The notes below the pieces were generated by a model. That model did no database searches and was not told the origin of the DNA. It saw only the letters and a list, made by a program, of their open reading frames with translations. Of a stretch of 64,000 nt of DNA, positions 1-12,158 are shown one piece after another. The DNA is from Selaginella moellendorffii (lineage: Eukaryota > Plantae > Lycopodiophyta), in NCBI RefSeq assembly GCF_000143415.4, contig NW_003314292.1, positions 126,825-190,824 of the forward strand. The letters run 5' to 3'. The position numbers and the translations under genes are program-made. Position 1 is the stretch's first letter; each line of letters begins with the position of its first letter.

Positions 1-951
1 TCTTTGTAGTCTATTTTCTCAGAAAGTGTAAAAAGCTATATGTATAGTGGGTTATGATAATGGTACTGTCCAGGATCTTAATGTCCAATATAGTACTGTC
101 CAATACCATCACTAGTACTGGTCATATGGCACTACTCTTGAAGCGTATGGAAATTATCATAAATATTCTAGTATGATAATCTAGAATTCTAGCCACAAGC
201 AAGCTTATCGTAACAAGCTATCATTTTGAGATTGACATTTCAAGAATCTAAGTATTGTCAATGTCATAATAAACAAACTTTATTCTCAAGACTAAAACTT
301 AATATATAAATTGCCAAGAAAAGTTAGTCATTATAGTATTTTTATTGTCCTTACACTCTTTGGAAAGCTAGATTGTTTATTATAAGAAAGGCTTAAAGGA
401 AAGTCGCTGGGGCTTGAAATTAGACACCTAGCATCTCATATCAATCTCTACCTCCATCCTTAAGTTCTACTAGCATTCCACTTTCACTTTCACTATAACT
501 ATATAACAATCCTCCTTCTGTTGGAGTCTCTAGTGAAGTCAAACTGAAGTTCTTTATATTGCTACTAAAGAGGGATTGCCTTTAATGTTTCAAGAGTAGT
601 GCCACATGTTTTTGCAAGATTTTGCTCTTGGTATGGCAAAACTTTTTGAAAGTATAGAACACTATTGAATTCAATATCTTAAATACTACTCTTTTTTTAA
701 CAGTACAAATGGCTCTATGGTCTACAAAACTTTCTTGAGCACTATAATAATTGCCCAATAGTGGGTCTAGAAAATGCGCATGTGTGGATATATAATAGAT
801 TCAAGAATAGACATACCCACTATCACTTCATGGTGAGGAACAATATCTCTTTGGGAAATATTGTATTGGCTAGTGTAGAATATGGGTTTTTTTGCCATCT
901 TACAATGGAATATGAAATATAGAATTGCTTTACTATACTATCATATTGTCC

Positions 952-976
952 ATATATATATATATATATATATATA
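952..976. repeat. (TA)n microsatellite
   Basis: Uninterrupted TA dinucleotide run. Confidence 0.9.
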
Positions 977-2067
977 AGGAAATTATATTAGTTGTAGGGA
1001 GCATATCCTAGCTCACTAAAATATCTATAATATATTCCTACCCATACTAACAGTCTATTTGCACTATAGAATGATTATAACAAACAAGGTATTAAAATTG
1101 AAGAGTTTGATTTAGGGATGGCTCAAAAGAAAAAAAAAACATATAAACTCTCTTACTGGCCTCCAACATAATAAATCTTTTAATATATCATATTTTAGAT
1201 GTGGATGATAAAGTCAATGATTGAAAGTTTCCTCAAGTTGAAACCTACTATACCCAATTCATAGAAAAACTCACTCTTGATTTAGTGGGAACTAGTGAAC
1301 ACATTAAGAGTTTGATTCTAAGATGCTTCATATGCTTTTTTCTCTTGGGTCAAGACATTTCTATGAGCTTATATAGTTTTCTTAAGCACTACCACAACTA
1401 CTACATTAATGGTGTTATCACTTCACTTATAATTTTTGAGAAGATATTGAAGGACAAAATAGCAATACACAAGTATTACAAACTGATGGTTACATGCAAA
1501 AAGACCAATCTATAATAATGATGTCTGACATTAACATTGATAAATGACACTAACACTATTACCAAAATTTTGATATATGACAAAATTTTTGTTTCAAGTA
1601 AGGATCCATTTAGCTTTCTTCTACCTCATCATAAACATATCAATTCCTTTTATACCTCCTTTTATATTGAGATTGAGTTCACTTTGCATTTATTAAGCCA
1701 TAGCTTCTACATACTTTTGGAAAACTTCCAAAACCTCTAACTCTAGAAACTCCAAATGACTTTAATCTATAAACAAGAATTAAATATATATTAAAATCTT
1801 AATAAATATAATTTCCTCCTTGAGGTTAGAGGCAACTCTAAATCCATGTTTGAAGAAAGGATACTCTTCAGTAGCAAGATTTGCATCACCGATAGAGCTT
1901 GAAATTAGTACCCAAATAATATGCTATAGATCTTCTTAACCATAAGATTGGGTATGATGTCACTAGCATTGTTATACCTAGGCAAAATATATGCTACACA
2001 CTCACTATATCAAAACCCATCATTGTGTTTTTGTACAAGGCATGATAGGTCTACATCATAACCTAGA

Positions 2068-5000
2068 TGTAATGTATATGATTTTCACCTTTTATCCTAT
2101 GGTGATTTATCATAGGATAACCATGAAGCAGAACCTAAACCCTCTATGTGCCACATATCACATGCCATGTGCCATATGCCATATATTCAAAGACAACAAA
2201 GAAAAACCCAAGTTTCAAGGCTTTGGGCCATTGAATGAAGGAACAGAGCCAAATTCCTTAGTATAGAGCCAAGGAGCAAAAGAATTAGAACATGAAACAA
2301 CTCTCGAGTATATAACTCAAAGAACAAAAGGTAGGAGCATAAAGCGACTTGGAACAGTATTAAAGCATCTAGCATCCCAATGCCAAAACCAACACGTAAA
2401 ATAGAGCCAAATGGAGTCTAACACTATTTCAGTATACTAGTGGCCTAATGCAAGGATATAGGTACTCCACCAACTAATATAGTGTGGAAATTGAGCTTAG
2501 ACCTAAGTTGGACACAAGCATGCAAACGAGAGTTCAATTATACCTCAAGTTGGTCAGCCATTTTTAATTTACCCACTATCCGTATTATATATTTAGAACC
2601 CCCTATAACCCCCTTTCAAGAATGCAAGCTTTAGGATTTCACCCTTAGTCACCCTTAGTACTAGAAGTTAATCTTTGAAACTTACTAAATATATAATGGT
2701 GCTAAATTGTGAATTTGGACACGGGACCAACACCATTGTGCTCAAGACAATCTCTACATTCTATTAATATAGCAAATTAGCAAATCTAGATATTTTCTAT
2801 AAATAGCCAATAGAACCGAACATGACTAACAAAAGGGGTATGATAGTGAGGGTGTCTTGGCAAACACAGTAAGCTATCATCTAGTGAACATTAAGAGACC
2901 AAGCTCAATATCACGGCATTCCCAACACTAGCAAGTATAAGCTAACATATGAGTTTTTCCTACTGGGCCATGTATGTTCAGCAAGAAATATTTCATTTGA
3001 ATCTCAACATCAACAATGTCAATGACAAGGCATTGCTTCAATGCCATCAACACCAGGATAAAGTTAGAAGAAAGCAAAAGTGAATCACCATTCAAAGCTC
3101 TTTAGCAACTAAGTTAGCCAAGGTCAAAGATACTTTACTTAGTATCTAAGATCAATCCTTCAACAATACTTAATTACAAATAATACATCATCAAGAAGTG
3201 ATTCACCACATCTAAGACTCAATGTAATCCAATACTATGGACTAAATGCAGCTAAATGATATCAATAGAAATAGAGTTAAAAAGCTAATATGGAAAAATT
3301 GTGTAAGTTTAACAACATGGTCCTCTGCAACACCATTTAGTAAAGTAAGCTCATCACTGATAAATCTTTATCAAGCAAAGCAAGTGTCAACAGTCCTCGA
3401 CAAAATCTATAAGCAATCACTAGTTGCAATGCAACCAATAATCACTTTAAACTTGTCTTTCACAAGACCCAAATAGTAAACTCATGTCATCGAGCTATAT
3501 ATTTGTTTAATATAAATGTAATACCTTAATGTAAGCAACCAAAAAAAATGAATTGAAAGATGATCCATGGGGTTCAAATATAAAAGGTAAAGGCCCATGA
3601 ACAAGAGTGCACCCTCTTTTTCAATTAGTTAAAGGTCTTGGGATACTTAAAGTTAAGTGTCCTTGGGTTTGAATAGTATTACGTTGGGTGACTTCCCGAG
3701 AAATCCAAATTCAAAAGCTTACATTTAATATTAAAGAGGTATTGAGTCTGACTCTGTTGGTTGGCTAAGGGAATTGAGTCTAACTCTATTGGTTGGCTAA
3801 GGGAATTACACTATATGTTGAAATTGACATCTGGTAAGTTCAGTTTGCTCCGGCTAGGCTCGATTTGAGAGGAAATATGTCAAAAGAGTGAGGCTCTCAG
3901 GAGAGCTACGGCTCTTAGCTTCTATTCACGAGGGTGTGAACTTGTAAAGAAGCATAATAGATTATAAACAACTAAAGAAAATAATTCAAGAGATGATCCA
4001 TGAGGTTCAAATGTAAAGGGTAAAGGCCCCTGAACAAGAGTGCAACCCCTTTTCCTATCGGTTAAGGTTTTTGGGATATTTAGACTCGAGAGATGATTCA
4101 TAAGGTTCAAATAATAAGGGTAAAGGCATATGAATAAGAGTGCACTCCTTTTTTCAATCGGTTAAAAGTCTTGGGATACTTAGGGTTAAGCGTCCTTGGG
4201 TTTGAATAGTACCGGGTTGTGTGACCTCTCGGGAAGTCCAAATTTAGGAGCTTACACCCAAGTACAAAATAAAGATTCATGGACAAGCACAAACTAAATG
4301 ACCACTTAAATCCAACTCAACTGCAATAAGTTCACTAATGTGTTTAGCCAACAGTTCCAAACATGCCTTGAAGAGGTTAGCTATACATGATCAACATTTA
4401 GTTGAAACTAAAGTGAAGACCATAAGATGGACTCATATTGGTACACAACCTCCTCATAAACAAAGCTATAGTACAGGTACTAACATCTCAATCTCAAACA
4501 ATTAAGTTGAACATCACCATCCTCAGCCAAGATGTAAAGCCACCAAGATTAAGTTACGATTAATGAGAGCTCACTACTCTCAAGAAATAAGGTACCAATT
4601 TAAGCTTAGTATAATGAATCACTATTGAGAATCCAATCAAAGTTACTATAATATTATTATGTGCAAGTAGACTAGCTTCACTATCAACCACTTTGGGGTT
4701 GATCATCGTTTAACCAAGAAATATCGTAAACACATTGCTCACTATCATATAGATATGATATAGAAATCATAATGACTTGATCATCAATTAAGCAACACTA
4801 TGAGAAATGTCTATATCACTATTATAAAGATTTATATGAGTATCAAATGCCAACTCAATTCGACAAAATGCAATATAAATACCACATCCTATCAATAGAG
4901 ATTTACAACACCTAACACCACTAATTTTTGTTCACAACACGGTTAAGCTTATGCCACTCTCTATCCGACCAAACTCAAAACTATTCCAACACCAAACTAC

Positions 5001-7040
5001 TCAAGGAGCAATAATAAGATTCCCTGGATAGAATTAAGCATTATAACCCAAGTCTTCCAATAGCAAGCCTAGACAAAATGGTTTAACACTTCACTATTAT
5101 CCATCCCATGACTCACCACTCGTTAAACTATCATAACTAATATGCATCAAGATAAGGACTCTTAATTGTATAATGTGAATACAAACAATAAGTTAACACC
5201 TTGTTACAAATCATCTCTCTAAGAAGAGAAAATGATTTATGTGTTTGATCCTTCATCCCTGATGACTCTCTTTTTGGTCCTATCTTGACTAAACCTTAAA
5301 CTTGTATTTGCATAGCCTTCAATCCAATTTAATAAAAGTTTATAAGAGAGCACTGCAATGACTATTTGAACTAATAGACTAATCCTTATAGTCTTAATTG
5401 ATCCACTTATAATCATGCCTAAAAAGGATTCACTGACCTATTTGCCACTCATAGCAGACCTAGGGAAGGTTCATTTTTACCTATGGTATATGGAATTACT
5501 CATGGAACCACTAATAGGCTAACATTAATCCTACCAACTCAAAATGTAACCTTGAGTTGCTAATGTGCTTCATTCACGAGCTCAAGTGCAAACTTGTGCA
5601 AACAAAATATCTCAATCCATCTTATAAGCCCAAGTGCAAACTCACAAAATATGATACAAAAAAGTAACCAAAATCCATACCTAAGGAACAAAGTTATAGC
5701 ATCCATATATGTACCCATTTAGATCATCATTTTTATCTTTGCATATGCAACAAGACTAGTTGCCCAATCTCATTGGATAGTACTTGTTGAGATTCATGCT
5801 TCGATACCAAATATAGCACATGTGATTTTTACCCTTTATCCTATGATGATTTAACATAAGATAACTATGAAGTGGAACCTAAACCCTCCATGTGCCATGT
5901 GTCACATGCCACGTGCCCAAGTACTGCAGAGTGGAATCTAAATTTTACAGCCTTAAGCCACTAAATGAAGGAACGAAACCAAACTAAAGCCAAGAAGTGA
6001 AGGTACTGGAATACAGAGTGACTAAGTGTACAACCCAAGGAACGAAGGAACAAGAGCATAGAGTGACTTAAAGTAGTTCTAGAGCATCCAATATCCCAAT
6101 GCTAGGATTAATACGTAAAACGGAGCTAAATGGAGTTTAGTGTTATTTCAACATACCAATGGCCTAATATAAGGATATGGGTACTCCACCAGCTAATATG
6201 GTATGGAATTTAAGCTTAAACCTAAGTCAGATACAGAACAAAAACAAGCACACAAGTGGGAGCTAAACTATATCTTAAGTTGGTTAGCCATACCTGACCT
6301 ACCCACTATCCCTACTATACATTTGGAACCCCCCTTGAAGAACGCATGCTTTGGGCTTTCACCCTTAGTCATCCTTAGTACCAGGAGTTAGTCTTTGGGA
6401 TTAATTCAAAACTTACTAAATATAGAATGGTGTTAGATTGTGAGTTTTGGCAATTTCTACATTCCATAAATATGCCAAATTAGCAAATCTAGACACTTTT
6501 GATAAATAGTAATTAGGACCAAATGGAACTAATACAAGGTGCATGATAGTAAAGGTGTTTGGCAAACACAGTAAGCTATCATTTGGCAAATATTGAGGGA
6601 CCAAGCTCAATATTGTGGGGGTTCCCAACACTAGCAATTGCAAGTCAACGAATGAGTTTCTATAACCAAATCAAGTATGCTTGACTAATAGCATTTAGGA
6701 ATTTTGTCTTTATGCTCATCTAGTCAAAAGTGCACACATGAAGACCAATTTCTCAATTAGCTTAGGTAGAGACTAAAAAAGGGACCAGCAATACTGACCT
6801 CCTGCTGTTATGGCAGTAAAGAAACAATATCTGAAAGTACTAGCTGATAGGTAACTTTTGATACCTACAATCATATTTGCGACAAGTACATACATAATAA
6901 CTAGTTTCTCAATTAGTTTGGGTGGAGACTGATAAAAGGTCTAACAATACAGATCTCTTGCCATTATGGCAGTAAGGAAAGAATATCCAAAAGGACTTAC
7001 TAACAAGTAACTTTCGATACCTACAATTACATTTGTGACA
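2068..7040 (-). mobile_element. Degenerate non-autonomous LTR element (LTR family 'C' + non-coding internal domain 'X'), deleted at the internal/3' LTR junction
   Basis: Two similar LTR-C copies (~2068-2985 and ~5812 onward). tRNA-iMet PBS on the minus strand (cgataccaaa, ~5802-5811). Internal part is the reverse complement of sequence within 55405-58380. Outer boundary near 7040 is approximate. Confidence 0.7.
3530..4256 (+). mobile_element. Cassandra-type TRIM (5S rRNA-derived LTRs), old copy with ~100-bp duplication in the 3' LTR
   Basis: LTR TGTAAGC...CTTACA at 3530-3723 and ~3964-4256. 5S box GGTTAAGCGTCCTTGGG...GTGACCTCTCGGGAAGTCC. Decayed PBS. Degenerate TSD CTTAA/CCCAA. Confidence 0.85.
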
Positions 7041-7589
7041 CTAGAAAATATATATTTTAGAAATTTCATTAAAATATGCCTGCTTTGGACACCCCTAGTG
7101 TTAATGCCAATAAAATCCATAATGCACTTGGAAAAGAATGACTTGAAACAAACTTCCATTACACATATTATAACCTCATACATTCAGTTTGGGATCATTT
7201 GGCTGGATGAAGATGACATAGTCAATATCGAGCAAAAGGGCTTTCAACAAGAAGAAAGCATGACATAGGTGATTATTGGTGAGAAAGTTATAATCCTTGA
7301 CTTTCCCATCAATATCTAAAAGGCCATCTAGAAAGTTGAAGAGAATGAAATTTACAATTGGGAGCAATGGCCTTTGTATCTTCAGGCACTAATAATCAAA
7401 TTAGTACCAAATGTTTATGGTCATGTCATCTTAAAAGAATCAACAATCAACTAGAAGACCCAATAAAGACACCTATAATGCCATAGTGGTACTATTATTT
7501 TGTTCTACAAGAAAAATTTGAAACTAAATAATGAAAATAAAAAAATCAAGCAATTGTTTTCAACCAAATAAGACAAAAAGGTGGTTGGT

Positions 7590-8037
7590 TTGAGCTCAAC
7601 CTTGGGCAGTATCTAGGCCCAAGGGGCCCAGGTTATTTGGTCACTTAGGGCAAGAAATTACCTGAGGTGGCCGACCCGACCTTGACCTCCAACACTTTCT
7701 AAGCCTGGGGGGCCAAGGTTATTTAAATAACCTTGGCCCCTGAAGGCAAGAAATTGCCAATCCGAGCTCAATCTCAAGTAGTTTCTAAGCCCAAGGGCTT
7801 GAGGTTATTTAAATAACCTTAGCCTCCTAAGGCCAAAAGTTGCCTATGGTGGCTCGTCAAAGCTCCACCTTAAGCAATCCCTACCTTTTGAATCATCTCA
7901 GCCCCCTAGAGCTAAAAATTGCTTGAGATGGCTAGCCTATACTCAACAATGGGCAATTTCTAGGGACCTCAGATTATTTGAATAGCCTTGGCCCCTTGAG
8001 GTCAAAAATTGCCCAAGGTCATTAGCCTAAGCTTGAC
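7590..8037. repeat. Tandem array (~5 units of ~90-100 bp) built from alternating inverted repeats
   Basis: Perfect 32-bp palindrome GGGGCCAAGGTTATTTAAATAACCTTGGCCCC at 7709-7740, degenerate copies near 7625, 7800 and 7970, and an alternating AAATTGCC...GGCAATTT inverted motif. Confidence 0.75.
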
Positions 8038-8039
8038 TA

Positions 8040-8890
8040 TGAATGAAGGCACAAAACTAAACTCCTACGCATAAAGCCAAAGAGCAAAAAAAGTGGAGTA
8101 TAGAATGACTCCCAAATGTATAACCCAAGGAGTGAAGGGACAGGGGCATAAAGTGACTTGAAACAACCTTAGAGATTTTAGCATCCTAATGCCAGAACCA
8201 ATATGCAAATAGAGCTAAATAAAGTTTGGTGTTATTATAGCATATGGGCTAATGTAAGGATATAGGTACTCCACTAGCTAGCATGATATAGAATTTGGGC
8301 TCAAACCTCTTAGTCCAGAAATACAAATTTTTAAGACTCAACCAACTTTTTTTTACCTACAATTTCACATAAATTCACCTTTATATAAATTCTTATGACC
8401 CAACAATATGCTTAAGCATCAAACAACATACTCATATATCTGACACCCAACATCGACATCCATAAAATGCAAAATGAACATCCAAAACTTTATCACAAAG
8501 ATCATATATTCAGATATCCATATTGCAGTAACACCTTTTTTCAATCATCTTCAAAATCCAATATAAAGCCAAAACACTAACAAGAAAAATAATATGGAAA
8601 ATCAAGCTTTAAGAAAAGTTCTTAATTAATCAACATAACAATGCCACCTCCACTATCATAAGCACTAATAAAGTTAATACCTTAACTACACATCTTTATA
8701 TAACAATCTACTCCAAAAATTAATGAATTCACCAACAAGCCATAGTAGTTAATGTTATAACCCTTTTCAAAACCTTAATGGGCAAACCCTCAAGAAAACA
8801 AGGTACTAATATTAGCTTAGCATAAGAGATCATATTGAGAACTCAATCAAAACTATTGCTATGCTACTTTATGCAAATAGACTAGCTTTG
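8040..8890 (-). mobile_element. Fragments of LTR-C and internal domain X
   Basis: 8040-8310 matches ~5960-6220. 8310-8890 is the reverse complement of ~13410-13990 / ~56570-57155. Confidence 0.7.
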
Positions 8891-9621
8891 GGCTTTCATC
8901 CCTATCTAATCCAATCTAATTGAAGACAAGGATCCCTATCATCTTTTAGGTGGAATAAATGAAAAAGAGGAGTTTTGGCATATAGTTCAAGGTTTTTGAA
9001 GGTTGAAATGAATAAAACCAGCCATCTAATAGTGGTAATGGGTCAAATATTCCTAGTCACAGTTTGAGAGGCACTAGATGGTCTGAATTGAGAGGAATGT
9101 GAGATGTTGTGGAACTCATAAGGAAAGTTTAAGCTTCCTTCTTTCAAAGGGAATGGTCAAAAAAACTTGTGGGGGGTTCCAAATGTATAATAGGGATAGT
9201 GGGTAAGTTGGGCATGGCTGACCAACCTGGGGCATAGTCTAGCTCCCGCTTGTGTGCCTATCCTTGTTGTGTGTCTAGTTTCGGTCTAAACCCAAGTTTT
9301 ATACCATACTAGTTGGTAGAGTACCCATATCCTCGCGTTAGGCCACTAGTATGCTAAAATAGTGCCAGATTCCATTTGGCTCTGTTTTTCTTAGCATTGG
9401 GATGCTGGATGCTCTAAGACTGTTCCAAGTCGCTTCATGCTTTTGTCCCTTCGTTCCTTAGGCTATATGCTCGAAGGTTGTTCCATGCTCCAGTGCTATT
9501 GCTCCTTGGCTCCATGCTTGGGAGTTTAGCATTGTTCCTTCATTTAGTGGCCCGAGGCCCTAAAACTCAGGTTCCACACCACTATCCTTTGGACACGTGG
9601 TATATGACATATGGCATATGG

Positions 9622-12158
9622 CATAGTTACGAACACGAACACGGAACACGAACACGAGCCTCAGATTTCAGGAACCCGAACACGGAACACGATCACGGCC
9701 CACGATGGCTCACGAATATTCTACTGAATATTCTAAGAATATGTTATTTAAAAATTATATTCTATTTCTTATTATATTATTATAGGAATATGCTATATTT
9801 TATTATATTATTCTTAATATTTTTATTTGCACATAAACTACTTCACACTTTTAAACTACTCAAATATCCTGCATCTCATCGTCATCTTCAACCTCATGAT
9901 CTTCGACCTCACGATCTTCGACATCATCTCCATCTTCCTCTTCCTGTCCTGACTCAAGCTCGTCTTCAGGATGAGGAACTGTCTCCAGGACTTTGTAGCT
10001 TACAAACTTGTCGTAATCACGATCATTTTTGCAGGTTAACAACCTGGTGTTGCAAGCCACAAAAACCAGATCCGCTGTCCTGTCCATGGTAAGTCTGTTC
10101 CTCTTTTTTGAAGAAACATGCTCGAAAGTACTGAACAATCTCTCCACCGAGGATGACGAGCATGCCTGACTTAGAACTTGAATGGCCACTTCTGAAGAGC
10201 TGGAGTTTCATAACCATAGTCCTCCCACCAACGTACAGCTCCCCTCTTAGTGCGATCAGCCTTAGCATCATATGAGTTGAAAATGCCTCCTATCCTCCGG
10301 TAAGTTAAAAGCTCATCACGTATCACATCCCTCTCACTGGATGTAAACATGGCCAGCAGATAAGCATTCTAGTCCTTCATGACCTCTCTGTTAGCATGCT
10401 TTTCATACTCCTGAAACTCGGGGTCCAACATGTACGCCACCGAGTGCATGAGCGAGTGATACTCATGCCACCTATTAGACATGATCTGATGAAGTTCCCT
10501 GTACCTGCCATAATCCGATTGTCCTTCCTCTAAACTTGCATCCAACCTGTTCATGCACTCATATATCTTTCCAATCGCAGGTATATCACCGTCCACAACA
10601 CGAAGAAGCAGCATAACATCCTTGGACACCTCTAGCATGTCCTTAACCTGTTGCCAGAAACTGTCATCAAAAACCGTTGCATAACTGTCCCTTCCTGCTC
10701 TCGACTTCGACTCAGGCCTTGCTCTGTACGCAGGGCATACGAACATTTGTTGTAAAGCTTCTCGGAGCTCCACCAGCCTCTCCATCATAATGAAGTTGTA
10801 GCCGAACCTGGTATCACAATAACGCAGCAATCGCTTGTGAGTAAACTCCGCCAGCAGTGCCACTATATGAGAGTGGTTTCTAACGAAGATCACCAAAGAC
10901 TTTCCACGCTCCAGAAGTGTTGCCATCCATGGAAGTACACCGAAGTCTTTCAAGGCATTGTTCAAGCAATGGGCAAAACATGCTGCCCATTGAATTTTCG
11001 GGTACCTCTGTTGCAAAAGTGCTGCTGCTGCTCTGTTTGCATTTTCCCCATCGGTCACAACCATGACAACGTTCTCTGCACCTACAATGTTAATGCCTTC
11101 TTCCCAGCAGCGCAGAGTATTTTCAGCTGTTTTTCCTGTTAAGGAAATGTCGATAGCCTTCAAAAAAGCTCCTCGTCCTTGACTATATGCCACAAGCCCC
11201 ATGATATGCCGATTCCTCCTATCTGCCCACCCGTCTGCGCATATGGTTGCACCCCTCTGCTCCCACTGCTTCCTCAAGGATGCCATCTCAATGTCAATGA
11301 ATCGTTTCTCTTTCACCAAAAGCTTATCCCGGAGATCATCATATTTTGGTGGTGCATAAGGCACACCATGCCTGGCAACTTCCTGTATCATGTTGAGGAA
11401 GTAAGGTGACCGAGCCTTGACAAATGGAATGTGTTCATTCCAGAAAAATCTTTCGATAGCCACATCAACTCGGTTCTTCTGCTCAGGATCCATCGAATCA
11501 ACAATATGGACTTGACTCTGTTTGCTAAAAAACAGGGAACTGCAGCCACTTCCACTTGACTGGGATGATACCACCGGTGGAAATCCTTGGACATTGCCAT
11601 CCATTCTCATAGAAGCACCACCAGATTCATTCGGCCGTTTCTTCCCCCTTGCCCCTTTCTCGGAATCAATAACCTTTTGCATATTGAGCAGATCCGCTTT
11701 CTTGTTACCTGGGATGAGAGGACAACTCACAATATCCTTGCTGCCTGGGCCTTCTCCTAACAGATGAGCTCGCACACGATCAACACCACTCAGTTTGTTC
11801 ACCATTGGGCAGTATTTGCATGACCATAATTTGTGGCCATGCCCCCTGCTCTCAAGAACACTTACCTCATCCCACCATCGCGAAGAAGGATGCTTTCGCA
11901 GTATGCTGGATTGCTGCGCCATGCTTGTTTGCCTTGGATTGCTGCTGCTGTGCCCTGAAATGGTGCGCCCTGGCTGGATTGTCGTGTGATGCCGTGCGCC
12001 CTAAAACCAGAATATTCCGTGCGAGAATATTCTGAACAGTGGTCCGTGTTACTAACACGGACCACTGTTCACGAACACGGCCGTGGGAACACGACCCATG
12101 GCCGTGTTCGTGAAACACGGTGAACACGGCCGGGATCCCGGCCGTGTTCGTAACACGG
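9622..12158 (-). mobile_element. Complete hAT-superfamily DNA transposon (2537 bp)
   Basis: Imperfect 16-bp TIRs CATAGTTACGAACACG / CGTGTTCGTAACACGG. 8-bp TSD GCATATGG (9614-9621) / GCATATAG (12159-12166). Subterminal AACACG repeats at both ends. Removing the element restores the host LTR seen (reverse complement) at ~5880-5920. Confidence 0.93.
9860..11922 (-). pseudogene. hAT transposase (BED zinc finger, DUF659-type DDE core, C-terminal dimerisation domain), disrupted
   Basis: WSCKYC...RAHL BED finger; CADGW, VTDG, CFAH and SVERLFS motifs. In-frame TAG at 10369-10371 (probably from TGG) and a 1-nt frameshift near 10189 (ALQK|xAIQVLSQ). Acidic C-terminal tail. Confidence 0.92.

Noticed and set aside
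1-2060. Short ORFs in AT-rich DNA (also 21.1-23.9 kb and 43-44.6 kb)
   Set aside because: Low complexity with no convincing motifs; probably old TE debris that I cannot assign.
7590-8037. CRISPR-like array
   Set aside because: Eukaryotic context, degenerate repeats, mutually similar spacers and no cas genes.
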